From: an uncultured delta proteobacterium
GTDB taxonomy: Bacteria > Desulfobacterota > Binatia > Binatales > Binataceae
Direction of reading: 5' to 3'
Length of the DNA: 64,000 nucleotides
Assembly: GCA_963808235.1 (NCBI GenBank)
Contig: CAWEEQ010000004.1
Coordinates: 1,632,001-1,696,000, forward strand
Of the stretch, positions 1 to 9,881 are shown one piece after another (the stretch's first letter is position 1; each line of letters starts with the position of its first letter). Both the position numbers and the translations under genes were made by a program. The notes beneath the pieces were generated by a model. It was given only the letters and a program-made list of their open reading frames with translations. It had not been told where the DNA came from and searched no databases.

Positions 1-1041
1 CAACGGCGCCAACGCTTTGAACAGGGCGGTCATCTCGGCGGGAGTTCCGATGGAAATGCGAAGCGCGTCGCGAAGCATCGGCGTCGCGAAGTGGCGGACC
101 AGAATTCCAGCCCGCCGGAGCCCGCGCGCGACGGGCGCCATGTCGCGGCCGAACATTCGCGCCAGCACGAAATTTGCCTGCGAGGGCGGCACGATGAAGC
201 CGAGCGCGCGCAGTCGCGCCTCGGTATGCGCCCGCGTACGCCGTACTTTCTCGACATTGCGCCGCATCCAGGCAGAGTCGCGCAACGCCTCCGCACCGGC
301 GGCAAGCGCGACCCGACTCAAATTGTAAGAGTCCTTCACCTTCATCAGCGCGTCGATCACCGACGGATGCGCGAAGCACAAGCCCAGCCGCATCCCGGCC
401 AGCGAGTACGACTTCGAGAGCGTGCGAAGAACCACGACGTTGCGATGGCGGCGCACGAGCGCGAGTGCGTTCTCATTGGCGAAGTCAACGTATGCTTCAT
501 CGATCACGAGCAATCTATCGCCGAGTCGCCTGGCGAGCGCAGCCAGGCTGCGGCGCGGAACGAGTGTTCCCGACGGCGAATTCGGGTTGCATACGATAGT
601 AAGATTGGCGCGCGCGGCTGCGAGATCGTCAAGCGGAAGCTCGAAGTCGATCCCCAGCGGGAAATGGAGGATTCGAGCCTCCTGCACCAGAGCCAAGGTA
701 TCGTACAGCGAGTAGGTCGGCACCGAGTAAGCTACCGTGTCGCCAGCGCCCAGCGTCGCGCGAAAGAGCATCGCGAGGAGCTCATCGGATCCGTTCCCCG
801 CGAGGATCATGGTGCGAGGCATGGAGTAAATCCGCGCGGCGCTTTCCACGAACTCATCGGCGCGCGGCGCTGGATACAGGCGCAGCGCAGATCCGGCGAT
901 AGCCCTGGCAATCGCGCGGGCGACTCGCGGCGACGGCGGATACGGATTTTCGTTCGTGTTGAGCTTGATAATGCGCTGTCCCGGGCGCGGCTGCTCGCCG
1001 GGACTATAGGGAGCCATCCTTTTGATCGATTCGCGAAACAT
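1..1041 (-). CDS. hisC: Histidinol-phosphate aminotransferase (3' end runs off window)
   Basis: Manual translation from ATG at 1041: MFRESIKRMAPYSPGEQPRPGQRIIKLNTNENPYPPSP (HisC N-terminal motif); absent from the ORF track, consistent with no stop codon inside the window. Confidence 0.9.
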   Translation of the reverse strand, partial: MFRESIKRMAPYSPGEQPRPGQRIIKLNTNENPYPPSPRVARAIARAIAGSALRLYPAPRADEFVESAARIYSMPRTMILAGNGSDELLAMLFRATLGAGDTVAYSVPTYSLYDTLALVQEARILHFPLGIDFELPLDDLAAARANLTIVCNPNSPSGTLVPRRSLAALARRLGDRLLVIDEAYVDFANENALALVRRHRNVVVLRTLSKSYSLAGMRLGLCFAHPSVIDALMKVKDSYNLSRVALAAGAEALRDSAWMRRNVEKVRRTRAHTEARLRALGFIVPPSQANFVLARMFGRDMAPVARGLRRAGILVRHFATPMLRDALRISIGTPAEMTALFKALAPL

Positions 1042-1050
1042 CTGGATTTA

Positions 1051-2091
1051 CTAATCCAATGGCAGCTTGATGCGAGTTCCGGTTCGCGACGAACGATAGC
1101 AGGCTTCGACCGCTTCGACAGCGCGCAGACCGTCATTGCCGTCGGGCGAGGGCGTCGCAAGGCCGTGGATCGAAGCGACAAAATTCGCCGCCAGCGCGCG
1201 AAAAGGAGCGAGCAGATCGTGCGGATCGAATCGACTCAGCACTTCTTCGCGCGAGAATCCCGGGGCAGGAGTACCGTCGGCCTTCAGGATTGCTATATCC
1301 TGACGCGGGTAACCAATCATCAGGCGGCCCTCGGTGCCGTAAATTTCCATTACCGAGAGCGGCGGCATGCTGCTCCAGCTCGCTTCGACGACACCGATCG
1401 CGCCTGATTTGAATTGCAAGATCATCGCGCCGGTGTCATCGACATCAATCTCCTTCACGAGCGTCGCGACCTTCCCAGAAATCGATTCGATTTCCCCCAT
1501 GATCCAAATTGCGAGGTCCGCGACGTGGACTCCGAGGTCGAGCATCGCGCCGCCGCCAGCTTCAGAGGCCAGCATAAACCAGTTCTGTCCGGGCGCCCAC
1601 GATTCCGGGCCGCCGTGCGAGAGGCGAGCGCGGATGAAGTGCGGTTTTCCGATTGCGCCGCTCGAGACCGCATCCTTGATGGCGCGTTCGAGTCCTCCGA
1701 ACCGCCGCTGCATCGCGACCATCAGCACGCGCCCTGCCCTGGCGGCCGCATCGACCATCTTTCGTGCGGCGCCGACCGTCGGCGCCATCGGTTTTTCAAC
1801 GAGCACGTGGGCGCCGGTATCGAGCGCTTTTAGTGTCAGCTCGCAATGCAAATGGTTAGGCGTGAAGACGCAGACCGCGTCTGGATGCTCGCGCGAGAGC
1901 ATTGCGTCGAAATCCGAGTAGGTTTTGGGGCGTTCGTCGGCACCGGGCCAAATCGAGTGCGCGACCCGATCGGCTTTCTCCACGGTACGGCTCTGCAACG
2001 CCACAATTTTCGCGTCGGCGACGCTCATCAACGCCGGGATGTGCGCGCGCTCGGCGATCGCGCCGGTACCGGAAATGGCAATCCTGATCAT
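1051..2091 (-). CDS. Gfo/Idh/MocA family oxidoreductase
   Basis: GTGAIA Rossmann motif, HVLVEKPMA, GGGAMLDLGVH; start overlaps the cutA stop (ATGA). Confidence 0.9.
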   Translation of the reverse strand: MIRIAISGTGAIAERAHIPALMSVADAKIVALQSRTVEKADRVAHSIWPGADERPKTYSDFDAMLSREHPDAVCVFTPNHLHCELTLKALDTGAHVLVEKPMAPTVGAARKMVDAAARAGRVLMVAMQRRFGGLERAIKDAVSSGAIGKPHFIRARLSHGGPESWAPGQNWFMLASEAGGGAMLDLGVHVADLAIWIMGEIESISGKVATLVKEIDVDDTGAMILQFKSGAIGVVEASWSSMPPLSVMEIYGTEGRLMIGYPRQDIAILKADGTPAPGFSREEVLSRFDPHDLLAPFRALAANFVASIHGLATPSPDGNDGLRAVEAVEACYRSSRTGTRIKLPLD

Positions 2092-2486
2092 CGCGAGGTG
2101 CCTGGGCGATTTTTCGCCCGCTTCTTCGTACTCGAGGCGGCGATCGTGTGAGCCGCGCGGGTCGTGTCGAGCAGCCACTGGATGTATGGAGGCGAGCCCC
2201 GATCCGCCGTCAGTGCCAGTACTTCAGGGACTTCGTAGGTGTGCAGCTCGCGCACCCGGCGTTCGACTTTCATGTAAAGCGTCGCCCGAGTTTTGATAAG
2301 CAGCAGAAATTCGCGGTCGTCCTCGATCGCGTCGCGCCATCGATAGACCGACGTGATCGGACCGATGATGTTCACACAGGCCGCAAGGCGTTCGGAGACC
2401 AGCGCGCGCGCGATTGACAGTGCCTGCTCTTCATCCTGAGTGGTTGCGAGAATAATTCTCAACTTGTGCGGCGTTCGGAGTGGCAT
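2088..2486 (-). CDS. cutA: Divalent-cation tolerance protein CutA
   Basis: LVSERLAACVNI, SVYRW, LHTYEVPEV motifs. Confidence 0.92.
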   Translation of the reverse strand: MPLRTPHKLRIILATTQDEEQALSIARALVSERLAACVNIIGPITSVYRWRDAIEDDREFLLLIKTRATLYMKVERRVRELHTYEVPEVLALTADRGSPPYIQWLLDTTRAAHTIAASSTKKRAKNRPGTSR

Positions 2487-2488
2487 AC

Positions 2489-2737
2489 TCAGCGACCGAC
2501 CTCACGCAGAAGGCGTTTGCGCAGTTCCTTGGGAGTGCATCGGTACTTGAATGCCTTGCGCTCGTTCACGAACAGGACCGGCACTTCGATTCCGAAGCGC
2601 GTTTCCAGATCGGGATCTCCGTCGATTTCAATTCGTTGGATTTGTGCGTCGAATTTTGGCAGTTCGGCCGCAATTATTTCTTCCATCTCGCGGCAAAGCT
2701 CGCAGTCGTTTCGGGTGTACAGAATCAAGTCGATCAT
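2489..2737 (-). CDS. Glutaredoxin-like protein (DUF836)
   Basis: LYTRNDCELC (CxxC), IDGDPDLETRFGIEVPV. Confidence 0.85.
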   Translation of the reverse strand: MIDLILYTRNDCELCREMEEIIAAELPKFDAQIQRIEIDGDPDLETRFGIEVPVLFVNERKAFKYRCTPKELRKRLLREVGR

Positions 2738-2772
2738 GAGTCGGCGGGTATCGGAATACTCTTCGGGGTACT

Positions 2773-3480
2773 CTAGCGATCGTCGCGCAGGACTCCAAGC
2801 CGCTCCAGGACCGCCTCGGTCGCGGGGCATGGCGATGCGCTCGATCGGCGCGCCGCTCGCGAGAGTCGCAGATGCACAGCCAACATCATCACGTCGCTCC
2901 ATCGATCGACGTCGTACCATGCGGGTCCCAGCGCGTAATGAACGCCGGCGCGTTTAAGGCGTATGGTAGTCGCGTCGAGAACTCCGCGACCGCCCCATCT
3001 AATCGCAGTGAAGATTGGGGGCATCGCGCCGCGCACGCCGACCGCGTAGTAGCCCCCATCGAGGCTCGGTGCGATTACGATGCGATTGCGGCGGAGAGCG
3101 CCGATGCTTTTTTCGAGCAGGGCGGGCGGAAGCGACGGCGTATCGGTGCCCATCAGCAGCGCGCCGAACGATGCGAACGGCTCGAGCGCCCGCGCCATTC
3201 GAGCGCCGAGCGATCCACTACCCTGATCGATGAGCGCGGCGCCGAAGCGTTTCGCGATGCGGCGAAAGTATTTGCTGCCGCTGGCGCCATCGGGCGCGCT
3301 CGCCGCGATCACGATCCTGGAGGCATTGACCGACACGGCCTTGGCGAGCGCATCGACTATGAATGCGTCGGCGAGCAGGGCAGCGCCTCGCGGCGTGAGT
3401 CGGCCAATCAGACGAGTCTTGGCGAGGTGCGGAATGGGTTCACGGCAGAAGACGATCAGTGCGGGCCGCGACCCGTTCAT
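2773..3480 (-). CDS. DUF2064/TIGR04282-type glycosyltransferase-like protein
   Basis: KTRL, QGSGSLGARM, GTDTP, DGGYY, WYDVD motifs. Confidence 0.85.
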   Translation of the reverse strand: MNGSRPALIVFCREPIPHLAKTRLIGRLTPRGAALLADAFIVDALAKAVSVNASRIVIAASAPDGASGSKYFRRIAKRFGAALIDQGSGSLGARMARALEPFASFGALLMGTDTPSLPPALLEKSIGALRRNRIVIAPSLDGGYYAVGVRGAMPPIFTAIRWGGRGVLDATTIRLKRAGVHYALGPAWYDVDRWSDVMMLAVHLRLSRAARRSSASPCPATEAVLERLGVLRDDR

Positions 3481-6400
3481 TTGATGGTGTTGGGCCGAAT
3501 GATGTTTATCGGCATGCCGAGCGTCTTCTTGACGAACTCCGCGACCGACGTGATCGGCTTGGGCACGATCGAAGGGTCGTCGATCGGGCCGGACACCTGG
3601 AAGTAGGCCGCGACCAGCTTGCCGGTTCCGGCGATCCGCTCGCCGATCAGTGGAATTTTATCGAGCACCCAATTGACAGTATCGAACGGAAACATGCCGA
3701 CCTGCAGATCGAGCGAGCTCGCGCCGAACTGGATGCTGCCCGTCGCGGTAATATCCATCACCGGACCCTGCAGCACAAAGTTGTCGGTATAAAACAGACC
3801 GCCGCTACCCTTGAAATCGGCGATGATCGATTTGAAAGGCACACCGTTCACGCGCGGATCCGGAATCTGCGCGCTCAGCCAATTCTTGATGTCGATAAAA
3901 CTCAACAGGCGCGAGAGCAAGGTGAATTTATTGAGGGTGCCGTCGCGGACCGTGATGGACATATCGCCGGCGAGAGTTTCGAAAAAGTTGGTGTCGGTGT
4001 TGCCCCACAAATCGGCGGCCAGGTTGAGATGCCCGAGCAGCGGCGAGCGCGGATTCTTGCCGCCGAGCATGAACAATGGCGCGGGATCCATGTCGGCGAC
4101 GCTGCCCTTCATTTCGATCCAGTTGTCGGGCGCGCGACCGATGAGCTCGATTTTCATCTTCCCGCGATAGGCGGTCGCGCTCATGTTGTAGACGTGCCAG
4201 GAAGTATCGGGGCTGCGGGTGAAGTCTGTTTTCAGATCGGTCATTTGAAATTCGCCGAGATTACCGGCTCTCGCCTCGATGTGACCGCTGGCGGGAATTT
4301 TGAAATTGATTGGCGGCGTGGCGGGCGACCACGGCATCCGGATGAACTTCATGACCTCGAGATCCAGCCTCTGAACGATCGCGTCAATACGAATCGAGGG
4401 ATGGGTGTAGTCGGGCACCGTGACCTTGAAGTTGATGGCCTGATTCTCCAGCTTCGACCCCGGCATCGAGAACACGACCGACTTGCGATGCATCGTCAGC
4501 GTCGCGCCCTGCACCAGCAGCGGCGCGCGCAAAAAGTTGAACTGCACGTTACCATTGGCGAGTGTCAACTTTCCTTCGGGCGTGAAGCGGGAAGGATCGC
4601 GAGGATCGCTGTTGACGACCACGCGCCCGCCGATCGGCCCGCTCACCGCAAAGTCGCTGGGATCGATCAGCAGCGTGACCCAGAGCTGGGACGGGAAGTC
4701 ATGAAAGTCGAGGGTCAATCGTGAACCGCGACGCCGGGTGAGACGAAATTCAATTCGCCATCGAGGGTCGCATCGCCACCGGTCGCGGAAAGCATCAGAT
4801 GGTTGAACTTGATTGAGCTCGGCGTGATCGCGACATTGCCCCGCCGGACCTCGAGCGGGCCCGGGGAGCCTTTGATGTGTCACCACGGCGCCCACCGCGT
4901 CGGCGCGGATCTGAAAATTGGTCGGCGGCACCGGTTTCGTGGCGCTCAATTTCCCGGAAGCGTTCGCGACCAAATCGACCCGACCGCTCAGGCGCTCCAA
5001 CCTGGCGCGTTCCCTCACTTGATATAAGTCAAGGAATCTTGCGATCGCGGGATGCAGCTCGGCGAGATCGGCCTTCATGTCAACGCTGGTTCGATAGTCC
5101 GCGCCGTCGATTCCGCCAGCCAGGTTGGCGCTCGCAGTCAGATCATTAAATGTTGAGTTTCCAAACTTTGCGGAGCCCTGCGAAATAGTCAGGATCCCTT
5201 TTTCGTAGCGCAACTGCGCACTCAGATCTTCGACCGGAGGCAACTTGGTCTCGGGAGGAATTACGAAGCCGGCATCTTCGATCATGCCGCCGACAACCAG
5301 GTTCTTGCGAATCGTCTCGAGCGGCGCGGTGCTGATTTCCTGCAGCGCGGCGCTCAGCGTCGCACCGCCCACGCTCACCTTGCCCGGTTTAATCCGCTTG
5401 ATCATTTCCACCACGTCGGCCGGCAGGCGGCGGACTGAGAGCAATCTTTGCTTGAGGGCGCCAGCGTCGAAATGAAATGGGTGGAGATGAATTCCGAGTT
5501 CGGGATGGTCGCCATTGGGACCGCTCAGCACCGTGTCGCCGGACAGCAGCGGAGTGTCGACGCGCCGCAAAACGATCTGCGTCAGCGCATAACTGCCGTC
5601 GGTCATGTTCAACCCGGCGTGCAGGGAATAGCCGCCGAGCTCGATCGGTGTGAGTAAGCCGATCGCCCTTGAGCAGCAGATTCTGCGCGTTGGCGTCGGT
5701 CGCGCCAGTCAACGAGCCATCGTTGTGGAGCCGGAACTTGACGCTCGCCTGCATCGCGCCCGACCAGCGCGAGGCCCTCCACCTCGATTCCGTTCAGCGG
5801 CACGTTCCAGGTCCATACCGCTCCATGCGCAAATTCGTCGGGAGGCAATGTCGCTGCTGGGACCGACGCTTAGCCTGCCGCTCAGTTGCGCTCCGGCGAC
5901 GGGCGCGCCGAGCATCGAACCGTCGAACGCGAACCGCCAGCGGTTGGGCTCGCGTCGCGTTCGATACGCCGTGATTTCCACATGATTGGCAAGCGGCGTG
6001 CCATCGGAATAACGCACCGTGGCGTCGCTCGCCTCAACGTTCCATGCAATCCGCGCGAGCGAGCGCAGCACGTCATTGAGCGCGGCGGTCGTCTGCGGTC
6101 CCGGACGCGGCATCGGAACCGCGGAAGCGTTGGATGAAGGTACGGGGAGCGTGATTTCGGGACTGGTCGCGGTCAGCTTGTAGAGTGGAAGTCCGGTGGC
6201 GGTGAAAATCGAGTGATAGGAGACGATCGCGCGGAGCGTTTTGAGCTTGACGAGTTCATGGCCGTCGGCAATGACCTGCGGCTCGTCGAGCACGACGATC
6301 AGATGAGGGCCAAGATGCACCGAGCTTGAGCGAGGAATGATATCGACGCCGGTGCGATTTCTGACCGAAGCCAGAACGTAGACGACGATGCGCGCCTGGT

Positions 6401-6482
6401 TGAAAACGATCAGGGCCGCCGAACCACCGACCAGGATCACCGTGAGGAGTCCGAGGAGCGCGGCGATTCGGGCCAGTCTCAT
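3477..6482 (-). CDS. AsmA/YhdP-like envelope lipid-transport protein, split by several frameshifts
   Basis: N-terminal TM (ORF 5709-6482); coherent fragments in alternating frames (5609-5848, 5389-5754, 3477-5612); AsmA_2-like C-terminus (TDNFVLQGPVMDITATGSI...IPLIG...FQVSGPIDDPSI). Confidence 0.75.
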
Positions 6483-6542
6483 GATTGCCGTGACGCGATT
6501 AGCACGTCCGCTCTGGCGCCGTTGGCCGGTCCCGCGAAGTGG

Positions 6543-8390
6543 TCAGTCGCCCTCAGCCATCTCTGCCGGCGGCGCGTCGGTGAATCCAATGCGGTGCTTG
6601 TTGCGCAGCGCGGTCCTGAGCACGCGGTTGCGCAGCCGCACGGATTTCGGGGTAACCTCGACGAGTTCTTCCTCGTCGATCCATTCGAGCGCCGCGTCGA
6701 GAGTAGGCACGCGCGGAGGCGAAAGGCGCACTGCCTCGTCGTGACCCGAGGCGCGCATATTGGTGAGCTTTTTTTCACGACATACGTTGACCGGCAAGTT
6801 TATCTCGCGCGCGTACTCGCCGACTATCATCCCTTCGTAGACCGGCTCGCCAGGACCGACGAAGAATATCCCGCGCTCCTGCAAATGAAAGATAGCGTAC
6901 GGAGTGGTGGTTCCTTCACGGTCGGAGATCATCGCTCCGTTCGCGCGCGAGCGAATCGTCCCGGTCCACGGCGCGTATCCGTTGAAGAGCGTGTTCATGA
7001 GGCCGTTGCCGCGCGTGTTTTCGAGGAATCTGCCCCGAAACCCGATCAGTCCGCGCGCAGGGATGTCATATTCCAGGCGGACCCGGCTGCTCGCATGCGT
7101 CACCATCGTGCGCATCTTGCCCTTGCGCGTCGAGAGCATCTGGGTGACGACGCCGATGCATTCGGCGGGGATGTCGATGACCAGCATCTCCATCGGCTCG
7201 AGGATCTGGCCGTCGGATTGCTTGGTGATGACGGTGGGCTTCGAGACCTGCATCTCATAGCCCTCGCGCCGCATCGTCTCGACGATCACCGCGAGCTGCA
7301 ACTCGCCGCGGCCCATCACGCGCCACGAATCATGCGTGAGCTGCTCGACGCGGGTGCTCACGTTGCGCCGCGCTTCGAATTCGATTCGCTCGCCGAGCTT
7401 GCGCGAGGTGACGAAATCTCCCTCGCGTCCGGCCCACGGCGAGTTATTCACGGAGAAAGTCATCGCGACGGTCGGCTCGTCGATGCGGATCGGCGGCAGC
7501 GGGCGCGGATTTTCGAGATCGGCGATCGTTTCACCGATCGCGATGTCCTCGACGCCGGCGACGATCACTATCTGGCCGGCGCTCGCGGTCTCGACTTCGA
7601 CCCGCTTCAGCCCCTGCCATCCATAGATATGCGCGACCTTGCACACCACGGTTTTCCCGTCGCGCCGGCACAGCGAATAGTTTTGCGATGCGGTCATCGA
7701 GCCGGCGATGATCCTGCCGACCGCAAGGCGGCCGACGTAGTCGTCGTAGTCGATATTATTGACCTGGAACTGAAGAGTCGCGTCAGGATCCACTTCGGGG
7801 CCCGGCAGATGCGCGACGATCGCGTCGAACAACGGGATCAGGCTGTCGCTTGGAACGTCGAGGCGATGCGACGCGGTGCCGGTGCGCGCCTGCGTGTAGA
7901 GGACCGGAAAATCGAGCTGACTTTCGTTCGCACCCAGGTCAATGAAAAGATCGTAGACCTCGTCGAGGACCTCGGGCGCACGCGCGTCGGCGCGGTCGAT
8001 TTTGTTGATGCAGAGAATCGCCGGGAGGTTCGATTCCAGCGCCTTCTTCAGCACGAATCGCGTTTGCGGCAGCGGCCCTTCGCAGGCGTCGACGAGCAGC
8101 AGGATTCCGTCGACCATCGATAGCGTGCGCTCGACCTCGCCACCAAAGTCCGAGTGGCCGGGAGTATCAACGATATTGATTCGCGTCTCGCCCCACAGAA
8201 TCGAGGTGTTCTTCGCCATGATGGTGATGCCGCGTTCGCGCTCGAGCGCGTTGGAATCCATCACGCGGTCGATCACCTGCTCGTTGGCGCGAAAGACGCC
8301 AGACTGACGCAGCATCGCGTCGACCAAAGTAGTTTTTCCGTGATCGACGTGAGCGACGATCGCTAAATTTCTGATGTCTGGGCGTCTCAT
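6543..8390 (-). CDS. typA: Translational GTPase TypA/BipA
   Basis: [50 protein letters not shown]. Confidence 0.97.
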   Translation of the reverse strand: MRRPDIRNLAIVAHVDHGKTTLVDAMLRQSGVFRANEQVIDRVMDSNALERERGITIMAKNTSILWGETRINIVDTPGHSDFGGEVERTLSMVDGILLLVDACEGPLPQTRFVLKKALESNLPAILCINKIDRADARAPEVLDEVYDLFIDLGANESQLDFPVLYTQARTGTASHRLDVPSDSLIPLFDAIVAHLPGPEVDPDATLQFQVNNIDYDDYVGRLAVGRIIAGSMTASQNYSLCRRDGKTVVCKVAHIYGWQGLKRVEVETASAGQIVIVAGVEDIAIGETIADLENPRPLPPIRIDEPTVAMTFSVNNSPWAGREGDFVTSRKLGERIEFEARRNVSTRVEQLTHDSWRVMGRGELQLAVIVETMRREGYEMQVSKPTVITKQSDGQILEPMEMLVIDIPAECIGVVTQMLSTRKGKMRTMVTHASSRVRLEYDIPARGLIGFRGRFLENTRGNGLMNTLFNGYAPWTGTIRSRANGAMISDREGTTTPYAIFHLQERGIFFVGPGEPVYEGMIVGEYAREINLPVNVCREKKLTNMRASGHDEAVRLSPPRVPTLDAALEWIDEEELVEVTPKSVRLRNRVLRTALRNKHRIGFTDAPPAEMAEGD

Positions 8391-8506
8391 CTTGGGGTAA
8401 ATGCTAAAGCGCGGCCGAGCCTCATAGGTTCGCCCGCGCGTCAATCATTCTACCCGTCGCTGGAGGCAGAGTAAACGCGGTTCAAAACTAGCGCGTAACC
8501 AGCTCG

Positions 8507-9055
8507 TCACGGAGCATTGAGATTCTTTTGTTCTTCGCGCTGCAACTTTTCCAGCAGTTGCTCGATGTTCTTGATCTCAACGACCCGCCATTGCCCGTCG
8601 TCGCCGCGCGCCAGGTGGACTTCCCACTCCTGCCCCTTATTATCTTTGAAATCTGTATAGGCGGTGTCGCCATTGCGATGCAGGACGACCAGGGAGGCCG
8701 CCACGGCCGCACCCGGCATCTGCACTTCCCGGTCGCCATCGTTGACCTTGCGCACCGCCCACGCTTTGGCAAGCTGCGCCATCGGTTTGGTGAAGAGGTC
8801 GATCGCCGCGTTGCCGATCATCGAGCTCAATGGATCGCCGCCGCCGCGCTTTTGCACCATCTCGTAGCCCGCATGCTTGACCACGCTTTCGAAGTCGACA
8901 TAGCTGGATGCCCCCTCGCCATTGTGGGCATCGATCGCCTGCTTCATCTGGAACACGGCGTAGCTCGGAGTTTGCGGCAGGTAGAAGACCGCCCAACCGG
9001 ACAGCGCGGCGAGGATCAGTATCGCGGTGAAATGGCGCAGTGCGAATCGGAGCAT
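8507..9055 (-). CDS. DUF2939-like membrane-anchored protein
   Basis: N-terminal TM, then TPSYAVFQMKQAIDAHN...YVDFESV. Confidence 0.7.
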   Translation of the reverse strand: MLRFALRHFTAILILAALSGWAVFYLPQTPSYAVFQMKQAIDAHNGEGASSYVDFESVVKHAGYEMVQKRGGGDPLSSMIGNAAIDLFTKPMAQLAKAWAVRKVNDGDREVQMPGAAVAASLVVLHRNGDTAYTDFKDNKGQEWEVHLARGDDGQWRVVEIKNIEQLLEKLQREEQKNLNAP

Positions 9056-9070
9056 CGGAGCTGCGCAGGG

Positions 9071-9814
9071 TCAGCGATGAGCGAGCAGGCTCGCGGCGGC
9101 CTTGTCGAGCATCCAGGTGACTTCGCCCTTCTGCAGCTCGACAATCTGCGCGGGAAACTTGTCGGGGTCGCGCGGGCCTTGGATAACATCTTTCACCGCG
9201 GACGCTTTGCCCTGCCCTGCCGCCAGGAACATCACGCGCTGCGCATTGTTGATCACCGGCGGCGTGATGGTGAGGCGTTTGCGAGGTTCGGCGTCAACTT
9301 CCACGGCGACCACGAGACGCTGCGTCTCATGCAAACTGGGATCGCCGGGAAAAAGAGACGCGGTATGGCGGTTGTCGCCAAGGCCCAGCAACACCAGGTC
9401 GAAGCGGGGAAATTCACCCTCGCCGAGGCCGAACTGTTTTCGCAATTCACGTTCGTAGGAAGCAGCCGCTGAAGCGGGAGTATCTTCGCCGCGCATGCGA
9501 TGAACCTGGTCGGGTCTGAGCGCGATTTTGCTCAGCATGGTGCGACTCGCCATCGCGAAATTGCTCTCGGGGTGATCGGGCGGGACGCATCGCTCATCGC
9601 CCCAGTAAAATTGGACTTCCTTCCAATCGACGCTCAAGTGAAATCGTGTCGCGAGCAGGTCATAGGTCGCAGCGGGCGTCGAACCGCCCGACAGGCAAAG
9701 CGTGAACTCGCCGTGAGTGCAGATGGCCTCGCCCGCGATGTGCGCGATTTCCTCGGCCGCACGCACGTAGAGTTCCTGCGGATCGTTCAGGATGATGAGA
9801 TGAGGTTCAGGCAT
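9071..9814 (-). CDS. pgl: 6-phosphogluconolactonase
   Basis: LSGGSTP, WGDERCVPPDHPESN, FDLVLLGLGDNRHTASLFP. Confidence 0.95.
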   Translation of the reverse strand: MPEPHLIILNDPQELYVRAAEEIAHIAGEAICTHGEFTLCLSGGSTPAATYDLLATRFHLSVDWKEVQFYWGDERCVPPDHPESNFAMASRTMLSKIALRPDQVHRMRGEDTPASAAASYERELRKQFGLGEGEFPRFDLVLLGLGDNRHTASLFPGDPSLHETQRLVVAVEVDAEPRKRLTITPPVINNAQRVMFLAAGQGKASAVKDVIQGPRDPDKFPAQIVELQKGEVTWMLDKAAASLLAHR

Positions 9815-9881
9815 GGCAGCTCGTCCGGCAAATGAACTCGAAATAAAAGTTATCCGATACCCCTTGCGCGACGCCAGATCC

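Noticed and set aside
91-1407. Long + strand ORF (also 3459-4724, 6522-8123, 13393-14691, 44788-46776, 56506-57696)
   Set aside because: Antisense shadows of well-supported genes in GC-rich DNA; Arg/His-rich with no recognisable motifs
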